Source of the DNA: Methanobacteriota archaeon
GTDB taxonomy: Archaea > JAADCQ01 > Methanopyri > Methanopyrales > Methanopyraceae
Assembly (NCBI GenBank): GCA_027064425.1
Contig: JAMOPO010000015.1
Location: 320,001-384,000, forward strand
DNA: 64,000 nt
Direction: 5' to 3'
This document shows, one piece after another, positions 1 to 7,106 of this stretch. A program made the translations under genes and the position numbers. The notes under the pieces were generated by a model, which saw only the letters and a program-made list of their open reading frames with translations, was not told the DNA's origin and ran no database searches. Position 1 is the first letter of the stretch. Each line of letters opens with the position of its first letter.

Positions 1-411
1 GAACGGGACCAGCGTGAGGATGCCGAACAGACCGTAAACGACCGAGGGGATGCCGGCCAGCATGTCGATGGCGGGTCGGAGCGTCCTGCGCAGGAACGTT
101 GGAGCGAACTCCGCCAGGTACGTGGCGCAGAGCAGCGAGACGGGGAAGGCGATCGCCACGGCGATCGCGGTGACGTACAGGGTCGAGATGATCATCGGCA
201 GTAGTCCGAGCTTGGGTGGCGTCGACTCCGGGTCCCAGCTCGTGCCGAGCAGGATCTGGCCCAGCGAGTTGAACTGCAGGGCCTTGACACCGTTGAGAGT
301 TAGGAAGAAGTAGATCCCGACCACCGCGGCGATGGACAGCGCCGCCGCGACCGTGAGCGAGGTGATCATCCGCCGCGTGGTCTGCGCCTGCTCCCGAACG
401 AGCTCCTTCAA
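1..411 (-). CDS. pstC: Phosphate ABC transporter permease PstC (5' part; runs off window edge)
   Basis: TTG at 411 after GGGAGGGGG. Hydrophobic reading frame containing '...IDMLAGIPSVVYGLFGILTLVPF', a PstC signature. Lies downstream of pstS. Confidence 0.9.
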   Translation of the reverse strand, partial: MKELVREQAQTTRRMITSLTVAAALSIAAVVGIYFFLTLNGVKALQFNSLGQILLGTSWDPESTPPKLGLLPMIISTLYVTAIAVAIAFPVSLLCATYLAEFAPTFLRRTLRPAIDMLAGIPSVVYGLFGILTLVPF

Positions 412-425
412 CCCCCTCCCCCCAA

Positions 426-444
426 CGTTAGCTGTCGTTTAACG
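426..444. repeat. Degenerate copy of the CGTT-N11-AACG palindrome
   Basis: CGTTAGCTGTCGTTTAACG followed by ATA. Same 19-bp spacing as the better copies. Confidence 0.45.
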
Positions 445-491
445 ATACCCGGGGTTGTAGAAATAATGCACGAGGGGGCGGGCCGGGGACC

Positions 492-1466
492 TTACACGAG
501 GGGCTTGATCTCCACGAACGGCTTCTTCGTGAACAGCGGCGCGTTCGGCGGCACCGGCACGTAGCCCAGCGCCTCGGCGATCTTCTTGTTCACGTCCGGC
601 TTCCGGACCCACTTGATCAGCGCGATCACCGTCTTCGGCGCGCTAGCCCGGTCGATGATCAGGTACTCGGCTCGCGTCAGCGGGTACTTCTTCGACTGGA
701 TCGTCTGCTTGTTCGCCTCGATGCCGTTCACCTTCAGCGGCTTGACCACGCTCGGCACCTTCTTCTCCTTCTTGGCCTTCACGACGTACACGTAGTCCAC
801 GTAGCCGATCGCGTACGGCGTCTTCTCCACCTTCTCTAGCACCTCCGAGTTGGAGCCGCACAGGATCGCGTCCTTCCGGTAGTCCTTGATGTTCAGGTAC
901 TTGTCGAACGTCGCCCGCGTGCCCGAGCCCTTCGCTCGACCGATCACGATGATCTTCTTGTGCGGTAGACCCGGCTTGACTTGGTCCCAGTACTGGATCT
1001 TACCCTCGTAGATGGCCTTGAGCGTCTTCAGGTCGATGTTGTCCAGCTGGCCCAGCGTCTTACCGTTCACGATCGGCACGATGCCGGACATCACCACCGG
1101 GCACATCACCGGGTCGCTCAGCTGCTGCGCCTCCTCCGGCTTGATCGGCCGCGACGCCATCGCAATGTCGAACGAGCCGTCGATCAGTCCCTTGATACCC
1201 GCACCCGATCCACCGTCCGTGACCATCAGCTGCACCGGCTCGTTCGGCAGACCGCGCACGCCCACCTGGTCACCCAGCTGCTTCCACGTCATGCGCTGCT
1301 CCTCACCGAGCTTGCTGGCCACCTTCATCATGAACGGCATCAGGCTCGTTGAACCGCCGATCTTCAGCTGCGTTTTCACCTGGGATGCCGAGTAATAGTA
1401 CGCGACGCCGCCACCGATCGCCGCCACGATCGCGACCGCGATCGCGGCCAGTACGGGCTTCTTCAT
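492..1466 (-). CDS. pstS: Phosphate ABC transporter substrate-binding protein PstS
   Basis: N-terminal membrane anchor; motifs GGSTS, GGSGAG, DIAMASR, GSGTR, YPLTR. Confidence 0.93.
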   Translation of the reverse strand: MKKPVLAAIAVAIVAAIGGGVAYYYSASQVKTQLKIGGSTSLMPFMMKVASKLGEEQRMTWKQLGDQVGVRGLPNEPVQLMVTDGGSGAGIKGLIDGSFDIAMASRPIKPEEAQQLSDPVMCPVVMSGIVPIVNGKTLGQLDNIDLKTLKAIYEGKIQYWDQVKPGLPHKKIIVIGRAKGSGTRATFDKYLNIKDYRKDAILCGSNSEVLEKVEKTPYAIGYVDYVYVVKAKKEKKVPSVVKPLKVNGIEANKQTIQSKKYPLTRAEYLIIDRASAPKTVIALIKWVRKPDVNKKIAEALGYVPVPPNAPLFTKKPFVEIKPLV

Positions 1467-1501
1467 GCCCTAGCGACCCCCTCCGCCGCCCTCGCATCAG
1501 G

Positions 1502-1509
1502 CTTTATAA
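1502..1509. promoter_or_regulatory. TATA-like box between divergent pstS and the PP-loop operon
   Basis: CTTTATAA in an otherwise GC-rich gap. Confidence 0.5.
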
Positions 1510-1560
1510 GAGTAGCGGAGCGGGACATCAGGTTCACAAAATGGGAAGTGGGGTTCCCGC

Positions 1561-2433
1561 TTGAAGCACTGCCGAGTCTGCGGGATCCCGGCCGACGTGG
1601 AGGGGGTGGAGCTCGACGAGGAGGGCGTCTGCCGGGCCTGCCGGAGCCAGCTGCCCCACCTGCCTGACCCGGGGGAGCTGCGCGAGCGCGTGATCGAGGA
1701 GCTGGAGTCCCACGACCGGGTCGCTGTGGCCGTCTCCGGCGGTCTCGACAGCCTGGCCGCGCTCGTCCTAGCCGCCCGCCACTGCCGCGAGGTGACGATG
1801 GTCACGGTCGACACCGGCGCCATCCACCCGGAGGCCTGGCGCCGCCTCCACCTCGCCCGCCGCCGGCTCGACGTGGAGTGGCGCGTGGTCGGGGACGTCG
1901 ACACCTTCCTCGAGCTCTTCGAGCGGCGGCTACCGAGGAATCAGTCGCCCTGCGGCCCCTGCTCTAAGATGATCGAGCGCCGGTGCGAGCGGGCCGCACG
2001 GGAGCTCGGCGTCGATGCCCTCGTGACCGGGCACGAGCTCCCGCACGGGACCGACCCGGTCGTCCCCAAGGACCCGCCCGTAATCCGCGCCATGTGCGGG
2101 CTGCCGGAGCGGGAGAGACGGGAGCTCGTCCGGGAGGAGCTCGGACTGAGCCCGAGGAAGCTGGCCGGCTACACGTCAAACTGCGTCGTGCTACCCTTCG
2201 CCCTCAAGCGCTTCCACGAGGAGCATGGGTACAGCTTCGAGGCGCCGCGGCTCGCCGCGATGGTGCGCATGGGCTACCTCAGCAAGCGGGAGATGTGGGA
2301 GCGGCTCGAGCCACCCGGAGAGGAGGAGCTAAGGGGACTGCTGGAGGAATGCCGGGGATGGATACCGAGGCGGTTGGAGCGGCTCCTGAGGGAGACGTTG
2401 AGTTCAGCGAGTGGGCCCGAAAGTGGGGAATGA
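1561..2433 (+). CDS. PP-loop (N-type ATP pyrophosphatase) protein with N-terminal CxxC...CxxC
   Basis: SGGLDS PP-loop, CRVC/CRAC, CGPC, TGHE, SNC, COG1365-like. Confidence 0.8.
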   Translation: MKHCRVCGIPADVEGVELDEEGVCRACRSQLPHLPDPGELRERVIEELESHDRVAVAVSGGLDSLAALVLAARHCREVTMVTVDTGAIHPEAWRRLHLARRRLDVEWRVVGDVDTFLELFERRLPRNQSPCGPCSKMIERRCERAARELGVDALVTGHELPHGTDPVVPKDPPVIRAMCGLPERERRELVREELGLSPRKLAGYTSNCVVLPFALKRFHEEHGYSFEAPRLAAMVRMGYLSKREMWERLEPPGEEELRGLLEECRGWIPRRLERLLRETLSSASGPESGE

Positions 2434-3260
2434 CCAGTCTAAGGCGGCTCCTGAACCTGCTCAGAGAGCGGCTGGAGGGCGAGCGCGTCCACCTGATGCT
2501 CTCCGGCGGCCAGGACAGCGCCGTTGCGGCCCGCGTCCTCCAGCTCGCCGGGCTCAGGGTCTCCGCCGTGCACGTGACTCACCGCTGGACGTGGCCCACA
2601 CCCGGCCTGGAGGCGCGCCGAGTGGCCCGCCGGCTCGGCCTCAGGCTGCACGTCATCGACATCACGGACCGGCTGCTCGAGCGCCTCCCCGGGGCCAAGG
2701 GGAAGTCGGTGTGCAAGATCTGCAAGCGCGTGATGCTCGAGGCGGTGCTCGAGGAGCTGGGGCCCGAGGTGCTGGCCACGGGCGAGTGCGGGCTCGACAC
2801 GATCGCCGGGGCGGTCCTGGACCTCGCCCGCAGGACCGGCGAGGAGCCGGAGTTCGTCCAGGTGCCGAAGCGGTTCTTCGGGAACGATACGCGGGTTGTT
2901 AGACCGCTCATCCGGCTGCACGAGCGGGACGTGCTCCGGCTGGCCGAGGAGCTGGGAGTCCGGGTGCGTCGGGTGGGGGAGACCGGAGACCTCAGGCGCG
3001 GGCGGCGCGAGGGGTGCCCGCTGCAGCACCTGGATCCCGAGGTGACGATCACGGAAGGGTTGCTGGAGGAGGTTTGGCGGGTCAACCTCGCGGCCCTGCG
3101 CGCCGCCCGCGAGCTCGACCGGACGTTCGCGGTCAAGTGGCCCTCGTTCAGGCTCCTTCTGCCCGAATCCGGGGAGTGTGAGCGGAGGCTGGTGGCGGAG
3201 CGCGCCTGGGAGGAGGCGGTTCGGGCCGGGTTCTCGAGCCGCCTCGAGAAAAGCACTTAA
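2430..3260 (+). CDS. Second PP-loop ATPase (TtcA/QueC-like superfamily)
   Basis: True start is the ATG at 2430 (ATGA overlap with the previous stop). SGGQDS, CKIC, REGCPL. Confidence 0.78.
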   Translation: MTSLRRLLNLLRERLEGERVHLMLSGGQDSAVAARVLQLAGLRVSAVHVTHRWTWPTPGLEARRVARRLGLRLHVIDITDRLLERLPGAKGKSVCKICKRVMLEAVLEELGPEVLATGECGLDTIAGAVLDLARRTGEEPEFVQVPKRFFGNDTRVVRPLIRLHERDVLRLAEELGVRVRRVGETGDLRRGRREGCPLQHLDPEVTITEGLLEEVWRVNLAALRAARELDRTFAVKWPSFRLLLPESGECERRLVAERAWEEAVRAGFSSRLEKST

Positions 3261-3264
3261 TAGA

Positions 3265-3280
3265 GTTAGGTCGTCCTAAC
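3265..3280. promoter_or_regulatory. DtxR-like operator GTTAGG-N4-CCTAAC
   Basis: GTTAGG TCGT CCTAAC directly downstream of TTAATA (3257-3262) and upstream of the RBS GGTGAGGAGG. Same arms as the feoA site. Confidence 0.7.
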
Positions 3281-3297
3281 GGCGGGGGTGAGGAGGA

Positions 3298-3702
3298 ATG
3301 GCCCGGTACCGGTACATCGGACCCTGTCGATGCGGGCTGGGTCCGCACGCGTTCTACGAGGACACGGAGACGGGAGAGATCAAGCACGCCTGGCAGATCC
3401 TGAGCGAGAGCGGGCTGCCGGTACCGGCGTGGCCCGGTGGTGGATGGGGACGTGGCTGGCGCGGAGGACCCGGCTGGGGAGGCGGCTGGTGGTGGGCGCT
3501 GGCCTCGGCGGACGAGGAGACGAGGAAGGAGATGATCGAGGCCATGCGGAAGGCCTTCGGCGAGGACCTCGCCAAGGCCATGGAGAGCTTCGTCGAGAGC
3601 TTGAAGTCATCGAGTGAAGTCTCGAAGGACGAGCTCAAGGAGCTGCGGGAGAAGCTCGAGGAGCTAGAGAAGAAGCTCAAGGAGCTGAGCGGGGAGGAGT
3701 AG
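3298..3702 (+). CDS. Small protein with CRC/His N-terminus, Gly/Trp-rich segment and C-terminal coiled coil
   Basis: Strong RBS, RYRYIGPCRCGLGPHAFY, GGGWGRGWRGG; first gene of the NifX/MinD operon. Confidence 0.75.
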   Translation: MARYRYIGPCRCGLGPHAFYEDTETGEIKHAWQILSESGLPVPAWPGGGWGRGWRGGPGWGGGWWWALASADEETRKEMIEAMRKAFGEDLAKAMESFVESLKSSSEVSKDELKELREKLEELEKKLKELSGEE

Positions 3703-3714
3703 GGGGAACCCGAC

Positions 3715-3960
3715 GTGCCCGCCGCCACCCGCAGCGGTGTGAAGGTCTTCCGGTGCTCGCGGTGCGGTGAGCTCATCGAGGTGCCCTACGGCGCCCCTAA
3801 GCCGACCAGCTGCCCCAACTGCGGCGCTCCGGCGGTCTTCATCCACCGCGTGAACCCGGGCCCGGGCACCTGGGGAGGTTACGCGGGCATCGGTCGCGGG
3901 ATGGGCCGCGGTGGACCGGGACGCGGTGGCCCCGGGCGCGGTCGCGGGGGTCCGCGGTAA
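3715..3960 (+). CDS. Zn-ribbon/rubredoxin-like small protein with Gly/Arg-rich tail
   Basis: CSRC...CPNC, GRGGPG repeats. Confidence 0.7.
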   Translation: MPAATRSGVKVFRCSRCGELIEVPYGAPKPTSCPNCGAPAVFIHRVNPGPGTWGGYAGIGRGMGRGGPGRGGPGRGRGGPR

Positions 3961-4290
3961 GTGCGCGTGGCGGTGATGGTCGAGGGCGACGGCGTCTCGG
4001 CCCGGTTCGCCCGCGCCCCCGAGATCCGGGTGTACGAGGTCGAGGACGACGAGGTCGAGCTCGTGGAGGCCAAGGAGAACCCGGCGGCCGGTCTGCCCCG
4101 TGGGGCCGGCCGGCAGATCGTCGGCGTGCTCACCCAGCTTGACGTGGACGCGACGGTCGCCGGCCGGTACGGTCCCAACGCCCTCCAGGGGCTGAAGGCG
4201 CAGGGCATCAAGGCCTACATCGCCGAGCCCGGGACGGACCCGGAGGAGGCCGCACGCAAGGCGGCCCGAGGCGAGCTGCCCGAGGGATGA
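3961..4290 (+). CDS. NifB/NifX-family (FeMo-cofactor-binding fold) protein
   Basis: MRVAV...SARFARAP...ENPA...GAG...GPNA..LKAQGI pattern (COG1433). Confidence 0.85.
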   Translation: MRVAVMVEGDGVSARFARAPEIRVYEVEDDEVELVEAKENPAAGLPRGAGRQIVGVLTQLDVDATVAGRYGPNALQGLKAQGIKAYIAEPGTDPEEAARKAARGELPEG

Positions 4291-4293
4291 TCG

Positions 4294-5073
4294 TTGAGGC
4301 TGGCCGTGACCGGCGGCAAGGGCGGCGTGGGTAAAACCACGGTCGCCGCTCACGCGCACCGGATCCTGGGCTGGGACGCGGTGGACCTGGACGTCACCGC
4401 CCCAAACCTGCACCTGTACCTCGACTGCGAGGAGGTCGAGCGCCGCCGCGTCCACCTATTGGGTCCCAAGGTCGACCCGGACTCGTGCACGCTCTGCGGC
4501 GAGTGCGCCCGGGCCTGTCCCGCCGGCGCCCTGATCGTCGGCCGGTCCTGGGACTTCGACCCCGACCTGTGCCACGGGTGTGGCCTGTGCGTGAGGGTGT
4601 GTCCTCGCGGGGCTTTAGATTACGTGGAAATTGAAATCGGCGAGGTCAGGGAGTACCGGGTCCGAGACACCGGGTCCCGGCTCCGCTCCGGTCGACTGAA
4701 CGTAGGGGATCGCCGCTCCCGGCACCTGGTGAACCACCTGCTGGACCGGCTTGAAGGAGACGAGATACTCCTCGACACGCCCGCCGGAGCCGGTAAGGAG
4801 GTCTACGACGCCCTCCGAGCGGCCGACGCCGCGCTCGTCGTCACCCAGCCCACCCCGGCCGCGTACCGCGACCTCCGCCGCCTCCTCCGGGTCGTGCGGG
4901 CCGCGGACCTGCCGCACGTGGTCCTGATCAACATGGCCGACGTCTCCGAGCGTTGGACCGAGAGGATCGAGCGGGAGGTCGACGCTCCCACGCTGAGGGC
5001 GCCCCGCGTGGACGACCCGCTGGAGTCCGACGAGCTCCGAGACGCCGTCCGGGCCGCGCTCGACGAGCTGTGA
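4294..5073 (+). CDS. MinD-superfamily P-loop ATPase with inserted 2x[4Fe-4S] ferredoxin domain
   Basis: [18 protein letters not shown], two CxxCxxCxxxCP, DTPAG (COG1149). Confidence 0.9.
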   Translation: MRLAVTGGKGGVGKTTVAAHAHRILGWDAVDLDVTAPNLHLYLDCEEVERRRVHLLGPKVDPDSCTLCGECARACPAGALIVGRSWDFDPDLCHGCGLCVRVCPRGALDYVEIEIGEVREYRVRDTGSRLRSGRLNVGDRRSRHLVNHLLDRLEGDEILLDTPAGAGKEVYDALRAADAALVVTQPTPAAYRDLRRLLRVVRAADLPHVVLINMADVSERWTERIEREVDAPTLRAPRVDDPLESDELRDAVRAALDEL

Positions 5074-5086
5074 GGGCGGGGCCGAG

Positions 5087-5845
5087 TTGAGGGTCGCCGT
5101 CCTGGGCGGGAAGGGTGGCGTCGGGAAGACGGTGATCTCCATCGCGCTCGCGCACGAGCTCGGTGCCGTCCTCGTGGACGCCGACGTCACCGAGCCCGAC
5201 ACGCCCGCCTACCTGGACCTTGAGCGGGAGCGGACCGTCACCGAGGTGAGGGCCCGGTACGCGGTCCGGACCGAGGACTGCGTCGGCTGCGAGCGGTGCC
5301 TGGAAGTTTGCCCGTGGAGGGCCCTCGACGATCCGGTCGCCTGCGACGGGTGCGGGGCGTGCGCGACCGCCTGCCCCGAGGACGCGATCGAGCTCCGCGA
5401 GACCGAGCTGGGTCGCGTCGTCGAGTCCCGGGAGCCTGAGTTGAACCTCCGCGTCGTGCACCCCGAAGTCGAGCCCTGGGCCCCGGAGCTCGCCAACATC
5501 GTCCACCAGATGATCCCGGAGGACGGGGACTGCGTGATCGACTGTCCGGCCGGCCTGGGGTGTCCCGTGATCGCGGCGCTCACTTCCGCCGACGCGGCGG
5601 TGCTCGTAACCACGCCTGAACCCGCCGCCCTTCACGATTACCGCCGCGCCCAGGCACTGGCCCGTAAGCTCGACCTGCCCACCGTCAGGGTGCTGAACAG
5701 GGCCGACTCCGACGACCGCGGCGGGTTCGACGTGGTCATCCCGGAGGACGAGCGGGTGCTGCGGGCGGTGCTGGACCGGGATCCTCGGGGGCTGGTCTCC
5801 GCGCTTCGAGAGCGCGTGCGTCGGATTGCAGCGCTGCTGCCTTGA
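5087..5845 (+). CDS. Second MinD/ferredoxin ATPase paralogue
   Basis: GGKGGVGKT, two CxxCxxCxxxCP, [10 protein letters not shown]. Confidence 0.9.
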   Translation: MRVAVLGGKGGVGKTVISIALAHELGAVLVDADVTEPDTPAYLDLERERTVTEVRARYAVRTEDCVGCERCLEVCPWRALDDPVACDGCGACATACPEDAIELRETELGRVVESREPELNLRVVHPEVEPWAPELANIVHQMIPEDGDCVIDCPAGLGCPVIAALTSADAAVLVTTPEPAALHDYRRAQALARKLDLPTVRVLNRADSDDRGGFDVVIPEDERVLRAVLDRDPRGLVSALRERVRRIAALLP

Positions 5846-5887
5846 CCCTCCCCCGTTTTCCACCGGATAAGCCGGCGGGTGAGCGCG

Positions 5888-5998
5888 ATGTCATCCTCCC
5901 GGCGCCGGAGTGAGCGGAGGCGGCGGCAGAGGCGGCGCCACCGCCCCTACGAGCCCTTCGAGGACGTCAAACACTACGACATCGCCGGCTGCAGCTAG
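5888..5998 (+). CDS. 36-aa arginine-rich small protein (not in ORF track)
   Basis: GGGTGAG RBS then ATG; translation MSSSRRRSERRRRQRRRHRPYEPFEDVKHYDIAGCS*. Confidence 0.45.
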   Translation: MSSSRRRSERRRRQRRRHRPYEPFEDVKHYDIAGCS

Positions 5999-6013
5999 GC
6001 CCCTCTTCGCGGT

Positions 6014-7066
6014 CTAATCCCCCTCGACCTCCTGGATCACGCCCACCGCCGCCGGTTCGGTTCCCACGGTCAGCAGAAACCTATCTCCCGGCTCCGCCAC
6101 GACCTCCCGGTCCAGCCGGAGCCTCACCCGGGCCACGTTGTGCCCTTCCGCGTAGGGTCGGAGCGTGCCCGTGCCCGCGTCCGTCTCGATCTCTACGAAC
6201 CGCGCGTTCACGGCGGCCGAGAACACGTGCGCCTTCACCATACTCCCCGGTCGGAGCTTCGCCCCGATGGATAGGACCTCCGCCTCCAGCTCCTCGGTCG
6301 TCGTCAGGTCCTCGCCCAGGTGCATGCCCCGGGTCACCGAGACGTCCTCGTCCACTCTCAGTCTGGCCCGGAAGGGCACACCCGGCCGGGGCCTCGGATC
6401 GAGCTCCACTACCTCGGCCTCCTCACCGCCCGGATATACTCGCACGGTTTCGCCGAGGCGACCGCGGTCCAGCACGCAGAACGCGTCCACGAGCTCGTCC
6501 TCCACCCGCCGAGTCGACTCGATGGGGGCCCGGGGCGGGCCCTCAGGCTCGGGCCGCGGCGGCTCCTCGAGCCCGGCCAGCGCGTCCAGGAGCTCCTCCG
6601 CGCCCTCGCCCGTCTTCGCCGAGACGAGGATCGGTTCACACACGGCTTCCACGCCCAGTAGGTCGAGCAGCTCCGTAACCTCCTCGGCCACCTCCCGCGC
6701 ACGCTCACCGCTCACCAGGTCGATCTTGTTCACGACCGGGACGATCTCGGCCCCGTAAAACGAGACGATGAGCGCGTGGTCGATGGTGCCCGGGCACGGG
6801 CCCTCGTCGGCCGCCACCACCAGGATCGCGTAGTCCGCGCTCCAGGCGGAGGCCAGCATGTTACGGATGTAGTCCCGGTGCCCCGGCACGTCCACCAGCG
6901 AGACCGTCGTCCCCTCCAGCTCCAGGAAAGCCCGCGCCGGCTCGATGGTTACGCCCATCTCCCGCTCGTGCGGCAGCCGGTCCAGCCACTCCCCCGTGAG
7001 GGCCTTGATCAGCGTCGTCTTGCCGTGGTTGAAGTGCCCGCAGACGACCACGTTGACGACCGTCAT
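6014..7066 (-). CDS. Short EF-Tu/SelB-like translational GTPase (~350 aa)
   Basis: ATG 7066. G1 GHFNHGKT, G2 GVTI, G3 DVPGH, G4 NKID, G5 SAK, followed by two beta-barrel-like domains. No SelB domain IV. Confidence 0.85.
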   Translation of the reverse strand: MTVVNVVVCGHFNHGKTTLIKALTGEWLDRLPHEREMGVTIEPARAFLELEGTTVSLVDVPGHRDYIRNMLASAWSADYAILVVAADEGPCPGTIDHALIVSFYGAEIVPVVNKIDLVSGERAREVAEEVTELLDLLGVEAVCEPILVSAKTGEGAEELLDALAGLEEPPRPEPEGPPRAPIESTRRVEDELVDAFCVLDRGRLGETVRVYPGGEEAEVVELDPRPRPGVPFRARLRVDEDVSVTRGMHLGEDLTTTEELEAEVLSIGAKLRPGSMVKAHVFSAAVNARFVEIETDAGTGTLRPYAEGHNVARVRLRLDREVVAEPGDRFLLTVGTEPAAVGVIQEVEGD

Positions 7067-7106
7067 GATCCCGAGCCCGGACTCGGGACTCGGTCGGGGC
7101 GTATTG

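Noticed and set aside
1983-2429. N-terminal extension of the 425-aa ORF
   Set aside because: Alternate frame of the upstream gene; the ATGA overlap marks the true start at 2430.
3895-3958. Short GC-rich direct repeats
   Set aside because: Encode GRGGPG peptide repeats.
6014-7066. Calling the GTPase selB and looking for selenoprotein UGA/SECIS
   Set aside because: Lacks the SelB C-terminal domain; no in-frame UGA at a Cys-equivalent position or convincing SECIS was seen.
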